The position numbers were made by a program, and so were the translations under genes. A stretch of 64,000 nucleotides of DNA from positions 1-64,000 of IMG/VR virus record IMGVR_UViG_2791355084_000002; one strand, written 5' to 3'. The notes under the pieces were generated by a model that worked only from the letters and a program-made list of their open reading frames with translations, ran no database searches and was not told the DNA's origin. This document shows, in pieces, positions 19,557-29,768 of this stretch (its first letter is position 1; every line of letters starts with the position of its first letter). Source of the DNA: a virus. Lineage: Duplodnaviria; Caudoviricetes.

Positions 19557-19592
19557 AGGGGGCGCATAGCCCCTTGATTGGAGGTTGACGGT

Positions 19593-19784
19593 ATGAATCA
19601 TGATTTAAAACAGATTTTAGCCAAGGTTCGTGAGGCGAGATGTGAGTGGGAACTAAAAAACCTCGTGAATGATCTAGAGGAATTCAACAAACAAAATTAC
19701 AAAGCGGCTGCTATCGATATCGCTCTAGAAACAGGTGATCGCAAGGCTTTTAATAAATTGGTGGTGTGTGATACAGATGACTAA
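19593..19784 (+). CDS. IDEAL-domain small protein
   Basis: IDIALETGDRKAF. Confidence 0.6.
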   Translation: MNHDLKQILAKVREARCEWELKNLVNDLEEFNKQNYKAAAIDIALETGDRKAFNKLVVCDTDD

Positions 19785-20001
19785 AAATTTCACATGGTAC
19801 GCACCAAATGCAGAACTGCTGAAATGCCCTGTGCCTGGCTGTCATCACATTGGGACCATCATTACGAAAAAGCATTGTTGGCTAGAGCATGGTATGACGA
19901 GAGAAGAGGTTGGTAAAAAGTACGGGAAGCCTAAACGTATTTTGACATATAGCGAGAATCAAATTAAAGCGAGGGACGAGGAATGGGTGAACAATACTTA
20001 A
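19777..20001 (+). CDS. Small zinc-finger-like phage protein
   Basis: CPVPGC...HC..EH. Confidence 0.55.
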   Translation: MTKNFTWYAPNAELLKCPVPGCHHIGTIITKKHCWLEHGMTREEVGKKYGKPKRILTYSENQIKARDEEWVNNT

Positions 20002-20171
20002 TCAATCAGTTGGTGTTACACATAGGCCTCTACAAAAAATATCAGTACAAAGAAAACGAGATAGGGTTTTATCAGAACCTTGAAGCTTTACGGTTACTGA
20101 AAGGGTTGAGCACACAGGACGAAGCTTTGGATTATGCTATTGCATCTACTGAGGGAGTGAAGGCTTCATGA
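19983..20171 (+). CDS. Hypothetical phage protein
   Basis: Overlapping ORF in the early operon. Confidence 0.55.
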   Translation: MGEQYLINQLVLHIGLYKKYQYKENEIGFYQNLEALRLLKGLSTQDEALDYAIASTEGVKAS

Positions 20172-20419
20172 GACTGGTTAATGGTATTCAAAATGACATT
20201 CATAGAACTTATAAGCAAGTAAGGCAGTTAGAGAAGAACTGATTTAAGTTGTTTTATTAACAGACCTGAATAATTTGAAGGATATCATATGAGAAACTGC
20301 GGGGAGTGCCATCGTATTTGATAGAAAATGTACAGTAAATGAAAATTTCGGCATTTTGTAACTGTTTAATAGATTTTAAGTCTAATCTATTAAACAAATA
20401 GTGAGAGGTCTGGGATCTA

Positions 20420-20821
20420 ATGAAAAAAATGTTTATAATATTCGTTTTGTTGTTTCTTGTCGGTTGTAATAATGAAGAGAAGAAAACTTTTGAGTTTGCA
20501 GGTGAAATTCAAAAAATAATTGTGATTGGACAAGGTACAAATGCTAAGTTAGATAAACAAGAAGTTGAAAATGCTGCTGAAATAAAACTTTTTGAAGATG
20601 CAATGCAAGATGCCACTATATTATCACAACCTCATACAGATGAAGGTCCTTTATATAAGCTTGAAGTGATATACGATGATAACTCGAAAGAAATCATTGA
20701 TTTATGGTATTACGCGAGTGCAAATACAGGAAGCTTTTATATGAATGAGAGGTATTCTTTGAATGAAGAAGCCGTTCCAGCATTAATTGAACTTTTGGAG
20801 TCTTATAAAGAAGAAAAATAA
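20420..20821 (+). CDS. Lipoprotein (moron)
   Basis: Lipobox LVGC. Confidence 0.8.
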   Translation: MKKMFIIFVLLFLVGCNNEEKKTFEFAGEIQKIIVIGQGTNAKLDKQEVENAAEIKLFEDAMQDATILSQPHTDEGPLYKLEVIYDDNSKEIIDLWYYASANTGSFYMNERYSLNEEAVPALIELLESYKEEK

Positions 20822-21024
20822 TTTACTGAACATTTTGAGGAAAGAAATTAAAAAAGGGTCACTGAGCTGTGACCCTAAAAATGAGAGAGGTAGTGACTGT
20901 CAACTAGCACCACAACCAAATAAGTGCGTGCGATACACTTCACAATAATTTGTGTAGATTAAGGGTAAATATACAACTTAAATCTGTGCAGCACATTATG
21001 AAAATGTTCAGTGAAAATTTTGAG

Positions 21025-21459
21025 TTAATTAGTAAATTTAGATAACTTTTCAACTTCTTCAGGAGTAATGTGTTTAGCCTTATATGAAATGACAGCCTTA
21101 TTTGAAATCACTTTATACTTTTCTGAAGGTAATCCAGGTGGTATACGAAAAGTGATGTTAATTAGTTTATATGGTGGATTGTGTGCACCTTCAAACGAAA
21201 TCACCCTTAAACTAACATCATAATAGTCATATTGTCTATTTCTTTCAATCTTTTCAATCCTTTCAAATTCGAATAATTGATTATCACCGTATGAGGACAT
21301 TGTTTCAAGAATTGGTATACCTAATTCGCGTAAAAAGGCTAACTCTATCACGCTAGGGGGTTGATCTTGAGGGAAATATTCTATATCTGATTTAGCAAAA
21401 GCAGAATTTATGAGCAGAAGACTCATTAAAAGCAACGAAACGATTATTATTTTTTTCAT
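21025..21459 (-). CDS. Secreted DUF3888-like protein (moron)
   Basis: Signal peptide; FEGAHNPPY motif. Confidence 0.7.
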   Translation of the reverse strand: MKKIIIVSLLLMSLLLINSAFAKSDIEYFPQDQPPSVIELAFLRELGIPILETMSSYGDNQLFEFERIEKIERNRQYDYYDVSLRVISFEGAHNPPYKLINITFRIPPGLPSEKYKVISNKAVISYKAKHITPEEVEKLSKFTN

Positions 21460-21623
21460 AAACTTAAATCCTTTCTGCAATTATTCTTGTTATTTGCAGA
21501 TATAAGAAATTTTATGTATATGAATTTGAACAAATATCAAATTAATTTTCACTGCACAATATGAGGAATAAACGAAAATAGAGCGATTATATAATCGCTT
21601 TAGAATCCAGTTATGTAGTATAA

Positions 21624-21740
21624 TCACTTATTTCTTTCAAGTTCTTTGATTCGTTTTTCTAATTTTTTGATTTTCATGTCATTAAGTAAACCAAAGATTA
21701 AAGCGATCATTGCAAAGGTAGAAGCAACGAATAAACTCAT
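21624..21740 (-). CDS. 38-aa single-TM peptide
   Basis: MSLFVASTFAMIALIFGLLNDMKIKKLEKRIKELERNK; G-rich RBS; below the ORF-track cutoff. Confidence 0.55.
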   Translation of the reverse strand: MSLFVASTFAMIALIFGLLNDMKIKKLEKRIKELERNK

Positions 21741-21878
21741 TCCGCAACCCCCTAATATTTGTTAATTAAATTATACAATAGGTTGCTCAATGTAACAAAT
21801 TACATTGTTAATATGAATTACTGAACATTTTGAGGAAATTATTTATTAAAAAAAGATGGGAGTTCCCATCTAATTACG

Positions 21879-22055
21879 TCACTTATCTAACTTGTTAGAA
21901 ATTTCCTTCAAAATCTTATTGCGTTCCTTATGTATGCTTAAGAATTTAATCACAAACCAAATTACTAATAATAAAGGAACTAGTGTAATTAGTAGTGGTA
22001 TCCAATCTATTATAACGAAGCCTTTGTCTTTTATAGTCATCATCGAATCATTCAT
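21879..22055 (-). CDS. 58-aa single-TM peptide
   Basis: ...DWIPLLITLVPLLLVIWFVIKFL...ERNKILKEISNKLDK; aaggaggg RBS. Confidence 0.6.
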   Translation of the reverse strand: MNDSMMTIKDKGFVIIDWIPLLITLVPLLLVIWFVIKFLSIHKERNKILKEISNKLDK

Positions 22056-22199
22056 TAAGGTATAACCCTCCTTTTAGGATTATTATACCATAATAGTAAA
22101 TAAAAAAGCCGCAGCGTTTGCAGACGCTACAGCTCGAATTGGATTGCTAGTTAAGCCTTCTCGTAAGCATTATACCACAGCTTAAGGGGGGCTAACCTG

Positions 22200-22613
22200 A
22201 TGGGCAAACAAGGGCAAATTAAAGTAACGAAAGAGGATTTACTGCAGTGGATTAAGAATTATCATTGGATGGTGAATACGGTAAAAGAACTTCGGAACGG
22301 TATGACTGTCGGGGCAAAGACAGCACAGTATGGAATTGAAGCAACTTTACCAAAGGCAGCTGGAGGCGTAAGTGATCCAATAATTTCGGAGGTTGTTAGA
22401 CATTTGAAACATATTAAGCGCATCAAAGAGTACGAGCATAAGATTACGGCAGTGCAAGAACGTATAGACAAGGTGCATACACCTCGTGAAATTGAAGTGC
22501 TGTTTTGGTTACTAGAAGGCAGTTCAATGCGCTGGATAGGTCAACATATGGGATTATCGGCTACGAGTATTGGACGCATTAAGGAAAATATAGTAAATCA
22601 GATGATGGAATGA
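22200..22613 (+). CDS. Late-gene transcriptional activator (ArpU/RinA-like, C-terminal HTH)
   Basis: AQYGIEA.LPK; C-terminal sigma-4-like HTH; end of the early operon. Confidence 0.7.
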   Translation: MGKQGQIKVTKEDLLQWIKNYHWMVNTVKELRNGMTVGAKTAQYGIEATLPKAAGGVSDPIISEVVRHLKHIKRIKEYEHKITAVQERIDKVHTPREIEVLFWLLEGSSMRWIGQHMGLSATSIGRIKENIVNQMME

Positions 22614-22700
22614 TGTTAGGTCCTTAGCTCAGGTGAAAATAAAAATAGTTAGCGAAAGAAAAGGGTACATTCTAGTTATCAGAATGTACCTTCCCTCTTT

Positions 22701-24167
22701 TTATTTCGGTATCTCCATTTCGATTCTTCCTAAAGGAATACCAAACGCAGTAGTTCGAACTCCTAATCGAATGAACCAACCTTCTGGTAATGGATCTATT
22801 CCGTATTTATCATATATAGATATTGGTTTTATCCCGATTTCTTTATCCCTAGAGTCTTCAAGGAAAGTTACAGAATTGGCTAGATCAGATTTCCAAAGGT
22901 ATAAGTCACCTTTACTACCAGTATCAATCCAATCTTGGATTATAGGTAATATTTCATCTGAATTAGATCTTATAATATTAACCTGGTCTTTTAGTACATT
23001 ATCTATCTCTAAATGCGGGAACATTGTATGTATAACATCTAAAGCATCTTCTAGTGATTTATCATTAAGATAATCGAAGCTAATTTCAAAACTATCATAA
23101 CTATTTTTAGGGAAAGAACTTAAAGAAATTTTCATACTATACCCTAAAAAATCTCCAATTATAGTAGAAGAGGTTGTATCGTCTGATAACATTACACTAG
23201 ACGAATACAATGTACTAAATACGGGATTATAATTAGGTCCGTAACCCCTTTTTAACAAGGAAGTCAGAATGTCATTAGCATAAAAATCTCTAAATAGTTG
23301 TGATCTATCCCAATACTCAGTAAATTGTTTAGAAAAGTTTTTTCTATATTCGTCTCTACTTAAAGAAACTTTATCAGCTGATGAATCTAACCATTTCATA
23401 TACTCCTTATTTTTTATGACATTAATAGCCTCAACACCTGTCATAACAACCGTCGGAGCCTCATCTGTGTAAAACTCATTCTCCGGAGTTTCCTGTTCTT
23501 GTTGCATTTCAAATTTCTGTAAAGCACGATAAAGGAACGATGCGAATTGTTGACGTGTTACATTATCATATGGAGAGAAAGTAGTAGGTGTCGTCCCTGT
23601 CGTAATTTCCAATTCATATAATACTGTTGCATAATTCTCGAACCATTGATCTGTAGTATCACGGAAAGGACTTTTTCCTACCTTAGTTACATCTAGCCCT
23701 AATGCTTCAATTAAGATTTTTGCCATTTGTCCACGAGAAATACTATTTCCGCCCGAGAAATTTCCTTGTGAACCATCAATTACTCCTGCTTCATAGGCTG
23801 ATACAATATCCTCATAATACTTATTAGACTTGTCTACATCCTTAAAGCCACTGTAAGAGCGTATTTTTTCTAATTTAAATGTTCGATTTAACCATGCAAC
23901 CGCTTGTTCACGAGTAATTGCTTGGGTTGGTTTAAATGTCCCATCCGTTAATTCTATAACACCTTGTGATGCCAATGTTAAGATGGCTGTTGAGTGTGTA
24001 TTTTTTGAATAAACATCTGAGAATGACGCATCTACTTGAGTAGTAGAAGATACTTTTGGCGTTACAGTGAAAGTATAGTTATACACAGCTTTAACTGGTT
24101 CAATTATTACGAATAATGCTATGAACACTATAGATATTACAGTAATTATTAATCTTCCCTTGTTCAT
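22701..24167 (-). CDS. S-layer homology (SLH) domain protein (moron)
   Basis: Three SLH repeats (F.DV...ITREQ, SRGQ, VTRQQ). Confidence 0.88.
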   Translation of the reverse strand: MNKGRLIITVISIVFIALFVIIEPVKAVYNYTFTVTPKVSSTTQVDASFSDVYSKNTHSTAILTLASQGVIELTDGTFKPTQAITREQAVAWLNRTFKLEKIRSYSGFKDVDKSNKYYEDIVSAYEAGVIDGSQGNFSGGNSISRGQMAKILIEALGLDVTKVGKSPFRDTTDQWFENYATVLYELEITTGTTPTTFSPYDNVTRQQFASFLYRALQKFEMQQEQETPENEFYTDEAPTVVMTGVEAINVIKNKEYMKWLDSSADKVSLSRDEYRKNFSKQFTEYWDRSQLFRDFYANDILTSLLKRGYGPNYNPVFSTLYSSSVMLSDDTTSSTIIGDFLGYSMKISLSSFPKNSYDSFEISFDYLNDKSLEDALDVIHTMFPHLEIDNVLKDQVNIIRSNSDEILPIIQDWIDTGSKGDLYLWKSDLANSVTFLEDSRDKEIGIKPISIYDKYGIDPLPEGWFIRLGVRTTAFGIPLGRIEMEIPK

Positions 24168-24390
24168 TTTGAGCCTCCTAAATAATGAAATCTATTAAAT
24201 ATTCTATATTAATTCGTTTGTCAAGTATATATAAAACGAGTAATTATAAGGACTATATGGTTATTTTATGAATTATTAATACGAAAAAAAGACTATTTTT
24301 GTCTATTTTTATATGATTCACATAAACGCCCTTTACAAACTAAATATAATGATTTTCTATTAAGAGCATAATGAATAATACAAAACTACA

Positions 24391-24456
24391 TGTTACAAAT
24401 GTGATAAACGTTACATATGTTACACATTAGGTATTTAAAAATTTATTTTGTATACT
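24391..24456 (+). promoter_or_regulatory. Candidate late promoter with four 9-bp activator-binding repeats
   Basis: tgttacaaa/tgtgataaa/cgttacata/tgttacaca followed by a tatact -10. Confidence 0.55.
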
Positions 24457-24818
24457 AAAGGGAAGGTCAGACAGGAATATTTTATCCCTTGGTATTTATA
24501 TAATCATAAATATTAGGGAGAGACAGACCGACAACCGACCCGCGCCTCATAAACTTGTTCGGGGCAAGACATACGTGGCTGGCCCATATTTTTTAAGAGA
24601 TTAGGTATCTTAATGAATATAAAAGGCTAAAAATCGGAAAAGGAGTGGTTTTTATGTTAACTTCGTCCACTTTCCATAATTCAGTCAAACTTACTAAACG
24701 TGCACGGAAATGTACTAAATCAATTCGATTGCAATAATAACGTGGAGTAGCACTACCACGGTTGCTAGAAGTGAGCTAACTCGACATTTTTACGACAATA
24801 GAATAATAGACGAATGCA

Positions 24819-24850
24819 AGACCCCTTGAGCGGATTCGAGGGGTTTTTAT
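24819..24850 (+). terminator. Terminator at the end of the late leader
   Basis: accccttga...tcgaggggt followed by a T tract. Confidence 0.65.
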
Positions 24851-24916
24851 TATGTCATGCCATGATGACATTCACTACCATTTTTATTAGTATTAGAGTG
24901 AAGGGAAGTGAGATGG

Positions 24917-25090
24917 ATGACTAAAATTAAAGTTATTGATAGTCGAAAAAAAGATGATTTCGAAAACAAAGTTAACGAATATTTAAAAGAACTTCAAAAT
25001 CATGAAATTATTGATATTAAGTATTCCGCTAGTGTTGTGAATAGTCTGGGTTTGCCTCTAATTTATTCTGCAATGATAATCTACAAATGA
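24917..25090 (+). CDS. Cse60/DUF2758-like small protein
   Basis: IKVI....DFENKVN.YL....IIDIKYS...YSAMIIY. Confidence 0.6.
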   Translation: MTKIKVIDSRKKDDFENKVNEYLKELQNHEIIDIKYSASVVNSLGLPLIYSAMIIYK

Positions 25091-25272
25091 TGAATCTCTA
25101 TAAGTCGCACTCGTTTTGAGTTGTGGCTTTTTATTTTGCCCTGAAAAGTGAGTATCGAGAAATTTCCCCCTTTACTGCTAGGGCAACAGTACTTACTTTT
25201 GAGAGTGGAATTTGTAGAAAATTGTTCCAATTTATAGTCTTTTGTCTTATGCTTTAGGTAGGAGGAGATAGA

Positions 25273-26262
25273 ATGACAATTGAAAATAACCCAGTTCAAG
25301 ATGAAAAAGAAAAGAGTATTCCTATATGGGTCTTCATACTTGCAGGAATTGCAATTTTATTTGTTGTCCCATCGGCGTTTGCTGGACTAATGTCAAGTGA
25401 TTTTTTTAGTTTTGCACCAGGAGGTACAGATGGTTGGCTAAGTTATTGGGGAGCATATTTAGGTGGTATTATTGGGATGATTGCTGTAGTTGCAACAACT
25501 CAATACATTGTAAGTAATCAGAATAAACAACAAAAGGAGCAAATGGAGGAGCAGAGAAAACAGCACTTAGAGCTTCTGGAAAGCCAAAATGCGCATCATA
25601 AAGAGCAATTAGAGGAACAAAGAAAAGCAATTATAAATTCAGCTGAATTACAGGACAAAAAAGAGAGAGAAAGGTTCATTTTACAGGTTGAAATAAAACA
25701 AATTGAGGAATTTTCATTATTATTAGCTGAGTTATATGATTATTTTCTAAAATACAAATTAAATGCATTTAAAGTTATTGATTTCTTATTCAAATCAACA
25801 AAAGCTTATTATGTTTTTTTAGAAGATAAAGAAAACAAAGATAATAAAAAAACGACAGTTTTATTGAATTCTTATAGCGAATTGGCAGATTTATTGAATA
25901 ATGCATTAACAAGAAATAGTGAAATAATAATGGGTATTAATAATATACTAAATAAATTTTCTGTTTTTTATAACTTCGAACAAAATGATATTAATGAATT
26001 GAAAAAGATTTTACAAAAAAATTCTGAATCAGTTTACAATAAAATACGCGAGAAAGTAGATTTCAAAAACCAGATATTAAATAGTAATGAAAGTTTTCAA
26101 GCAAAGAAGAAAAAAGTATTATGTTTCTTAGAAGAAGAAAAATTGATAATAGAAGAAAATGATATGAAATTAGATGAAATAATTGACCAAATTACCAAAG
26201 TAAGTGAAGGTTTCAAAACACTAAAATATAATTCTATAAATAAATACAAAATTGCAGATTAA
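25273..26262 (+). CDS. Membrane-anchored coiled-coil protein (moron)
   Basis: Two TMs with WLSYWGAYLGG, then a long AT-rich helical region. Confidence 0.7.
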   Translation: MTIENNPVQDEKEKSIPIWVFILAGIAILFVVPSAFAGLMSSDFFSFAPGGTDGWLSYWGAYLGGIIGMIAVVATTQYIVSNQNKQQKEQMEEQRKQHLELLESQNAHHKEQLEEQRKAIINSAELQDKKERERFILQVEIKQIEEFSLLLAELYDYFLKYKLNAFKVIDFLFKSTKAYYVFLEDKENKDNKKTTVLLNSYSELADLLNNALTRNSEIIMGINNILNKFSVFYNFEQNDINELKKILQKNSESVYNKIREKVDFKNQILNSNESFQAKKKKVLCFLEEEKLIIEENDMKLDEIIDQITKVSEGFKTLKYNSINKYKIAD

Positions 26263-26347
26263 TAAAACAACACTTTTTTATTTTCAAAGCTATTAATACC
26301 AATTATATAGTAACTAAACAAATGACGGAGGTGGTGGTGTATGAGAT

Positions 26348-27142
26348 ATGGCTAATTGGGATGAAATTAAACAAGAGTGGGAAACCGCGAAGATTACGCT
26401 TGCTGATCTAGCTGAAAAGCATGGGATAAAGCTTGGTACATTAAAGAGCCGTAAGAGTCGTGAGAAATGGTCGAGGGATGCAACTGAAAAGGATGCAACC
26501 AAAACAGCTAAGGTTGCAACTATTTCTAGTGAGGATGCAACCGACAACGAGATAGAGACTGAAAGTAGAAACCGCGGTGCGCCAATAGGAAACAACAATG
26601 CAAAAGGGAATAAAGGCAATGCAAACGCTTCGCCTCCGAAACGAAACACAAATGCACTAAAGCATGGCTTCTTTCAAAAGTTCCTACCAGAAGAAACTCT
26701 AGAAATTATGAAAGCAATGAATGAACGTTCTCCAGCCGATTTAATATGGGATCAAATACAAATCCAGTATGCTGCTATTATTAGAGCTCAACGTATTATG
26801 CATGTCGAATCAAAAGACGAAATCATAAAAGAGCTCAAGCGAGAGAAGGTGCAAGGTGGTAAAAATACTGCTCACGAAACTGAATACAACTTCCAATTTG
26901 CATGGGAACGACAGGCGCAACTACTCACTGCTCAATCGAGAGCAATCGGGGAGTTGCGTTCTTCGATTCGTTAGTTCGTGGAGATGGCGGATCAGGATGA
27001 TGAACGCAAATTGAAGCTAGAACAGATGAAGTTGAATATTGAAAAGACGAAACTGGAGATCGACAAAATCCAGTCTGGAGATACAACAACACAGGAAAGT
27101 GAAATTGCTAAGATGTTGCGTAAGATAGCAGGTGATGAATAA
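26348..27142 (+). pseudogene. terS: Terminase small subunit with an internal TAG (26972-26974)
   Basis: NWDEIK..W, GAP.GN.NA, NALKHG; the frame stays open after TAG to TAA 27140-27142, which overlaps the terL ATG. Confidence 0.8.
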
Positions 27143-28343
27143 TGGTAGAGCTCACACCCAAACAAAAAGAGGTTATGGACTGTTTTATTCATGAGAAACC
27201 GAAAATATTGGCTGCTAGTGGCGCAAAGAGGGCGGGTAAGACTTTTATTCTTATACTGCTTTTTTTAATGCACATTGCAAAGTTTGAAAACAAAGGGCTC
27301 TCTTTTATTATTGGTGGATCCACACAAGCAAGTATTCGAAGGAATGTTCTTGATGATATGGAGGCTATTTTAGGCAAAGAATTAAAGTTAGATAAAACAA
27401 ATGCCGTCCGGGTTTTTGGTAATAAAGTGTACTGCTTCGATGGTACAAATGCAGATGCTTGGAAAAAGGCTCGTGGTTTTACTGCAGCTGGAGCATTTTT
27501 GAATGAAGGTACGGCATTGCATGACATGTTTGTCAAAGAGGTCATTTCACGATGCTCGTATCCTGGAGCTCAAATGATACAAACCCAGAAAATCCTGCAC
27601 ACCCGGTTAAGACAGACATTATAGACAATGATGGTCAATTACTGGATAGCGGAAGGTTAAACATCAGAGTTTTTCATTTTACTTTGTTTGACAATATCTT
27701 TCTTGATCCTGAATACGTTGAGTCCATTATTGCTTCTACACCTTCAGGCATGTTTACCGATCGCGACATTTATGGTTTATGGGTAGCAGCCGAAGGGATT
27801 GTATACAAAGACTTTAATGAAGATCGTCATTATATTTCCAGTGAACAGTTTAATAAACTCAACATCGTTAAATACTTTGCTGCTGTAGACTGGGGATACA
27901 ATCACTTTGGGGCGATGGGTGTATTTGCAGAAGATGAAAAAAGGAACGTTTATTTTTGTGAAGAACATGCTAAACAATATGAAGAAATTGACTACTGGGT
28001 GGCAGTTGCGAAGGATATTAGCAAACGCTATGGTAATATTAATTTTTATTGTGATTCGGCTCGACCTGAGCATGTAAAACGTTTTAGACGTGAAGGCTTA
28101 AGAGCATTCAATGCGAAAAAGAATGTAATATCTGGGATTGAAGAAGTCGCCAAAATGTTTAAAATAGGGCGGCTTTTTATTGTTGAAGATAAAGTAAAAA
28201 GGTTCAAAGATGAAATATATCAATATGTATGGAATGGCACAACTGGTGAACCAATTAGATTATGGAATGACGTACTAGACATGATTCGTTATGGTATCTA
28301 CACACATTATCAAAAAGCAATTCTCAAAGGGAAAAACCGATAA
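27142..28343 (+). pseudogene. terL: PBSX-type terminase large subunit, frameshifted near 27575
   Basis: GAKRAGKT ATPase half and DTNP...DWG...DSA nuclease half lie in different frames. Confidence 0.85.
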
Positions 28344-28355
28344 GGAGGTGTCAGC

Positions 28356-29768
28356 ATGAATGAATATATCCAATACATCGATGGGAATGGTATTTCGCCT
28401 TTGTTACTTGATAAGTTAATAAAAGAAACACAAGCAGAACGAAATAAACGATTACTCAACTACAACCGCTATAAAGCTGAAGCAGTGCCCATTTTAACAC
28501 GTAAACCTGCAGACTACGCCCTAGGCAATGCACATGTACAACGAGTGGATGATAAAGTGAACAACACGCTAAATAATCCACTTGATGCTGAAATTGTAGA
28601 CACGAAAGTAGGCTATATGTTCGGTAATCCAATTTCATATGTGGTAGATAAACAAGCTCAAAGCCTTAAATCATTAACAGAGGCCATTGAGCTTTTTAAT
28701 TTGCGAAATTCGATTGATGACTTGGATAGTGAATCTGGGAAGAAAACGGCTATTTGTGGCTATTCTGCTAGGTTACTTTACATTGACACTGAAGGAAATG
28801 AACGTGCGATGGTTATTGATCCATGGGAGACAATCATCCTTTCAGAAACTGGAGAAGTAAGTGAACCTAAATATGGATTTCGCTATTTTAAAAGCGCAGA
28901 ACTGAATGCTGAAGGGGAAAAAGTAGAAATTGAGCAGCTGGTATTTTACGATGCTACAACTGAAAAACTCTACACTCGTGCAGATAAAGATTCATCTTTT
29001 GTACTGAAAGATGAGCGCAAACATTTATTCGACTACTGTCCTTTATTTGGGATTTCAAATAATGAGGAACTGCAGGGCGATGCGGATAAAGTGTATAACT
29101 TGATTGATGCATACGATCGCACTTTATCAGATGCTTCTAACGAAATCGAACAGTGGCGTTTAGCGTATTTAGTACTTAAAGGCATGGGAATGGATGAGGA
29201 AGATGCACAGAAGGTTGCACGCACTGGTATTTTTGAGTTGATGGGTGAAGATGACGACATTAAATATTTAACCAAAGAAGTCAATGACCAAATGATTGAG
29301 AATCATCTAAATCGTTTAGAGGAAAATATCATGCGATTAGCTAAAAGTGTGAACTTCAGCGATGAAGCGTTTGCCGGTAATACAAGTGGCGTGGCTATGA
29401 AGTTTAAACTGATGGCACTTGAGAACAAATGCAAAACAATGGAGCGTAAGTTTACTACTGCTCTACGCTATCAATTCAAAGTGTTGTGCAGCGCATGGGC
29501 AAAGAAGGGGATCTGCGCGAAAGATGATTACTTGAAACTTTGGTTCGAGTACAAACGAAACGTTCCTATGGATTTATTATCTGAGGCACAAGCATCACAA
29601 GCATTAAAAGGGCTAGTGTCAGAGCGAACACGACTTTCTAAGATGTCGATTGTGGATGATGTGGACTATGAGCTAAAAGAGATAGAGAAGGACACTAAGG
29701 TGTATGGCAAAGACTTAGAGGACTTAGAGGACTTGGATGACGATCCTGAAGAAGTGGATAAACTATGA
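28356..29768 (+). CDS. SPP1 gp6-like portal protein
   Basis: IVDTKVGYMFGNPI, NNEE, SGVAMKFKL. Confidence 0.92.
   Translation: MNEYIQYIDGNGISPLLLDKLIKETQAERNKRLLNYNRYKAEAVPILTRKPADYALGNAHVQRVDDKVNNTLNNPLDAEIVDTKVGYMFGNPISYVVDKQAQSLKSLTEAIELFNLRNSIDDLDSESGKKTAICGYSARLLYIDTEGNERAMVIDPWETIILSETGEVSEPKYGFRYFKSAELNAEGEKVEIEQLVFYDATTEKLYTRADKDSSFVLKDERKHLFDYCPLFGISNNEELQGDADKVYNLIDAYDRTLSDASNEIEQWRLAYLVLKGMGMDEEDAQKVARTGIFELMGEDDDIKYLTKEVNDQMIENHLNRLEENIMRLAKSVNFSDEAFAGNTSGVAMKFKLMALENKCKTMERKFTTALRYQFKVLCSAWAKKGICAKDDYLKLWFEYKRNVPMDLLSEAQASQALKGLVSERTRLSKMSIVDDVDYELKEIEKDTKVYGKDLEDLEDLDDDPEEVDKL

Larger units (their letters stand above)
20325..21838. repeat. Family-2 inverted-end repeats (actgaacatttt / aaaatgttcagt) bracketing morons
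   Basis: 20325-20340 vs 20821-20836 inverted (15/16); 21001-21019 vs 21544-21562 inverted (16/19); ttactgaacattttgaggaaa exact at 20823 and 21818. Confidence 0.75.

Noticed and set aside
24741-24790. Pistol ribozyme or preQ1 riboswitch
   Set aside because: The cgtgg...ccacg stem is suggestive, but the conserved UUAAAUAG (pistol) and the A-rich tail (preQ1) are missing
26972-27575. Programmed read-through or frameshifting, or an intron/intein, in the terminase genes
   Set aside because: No slippery site or inserted sequence; TerL appears to have lost residues before DTNP, which fits mutational decay
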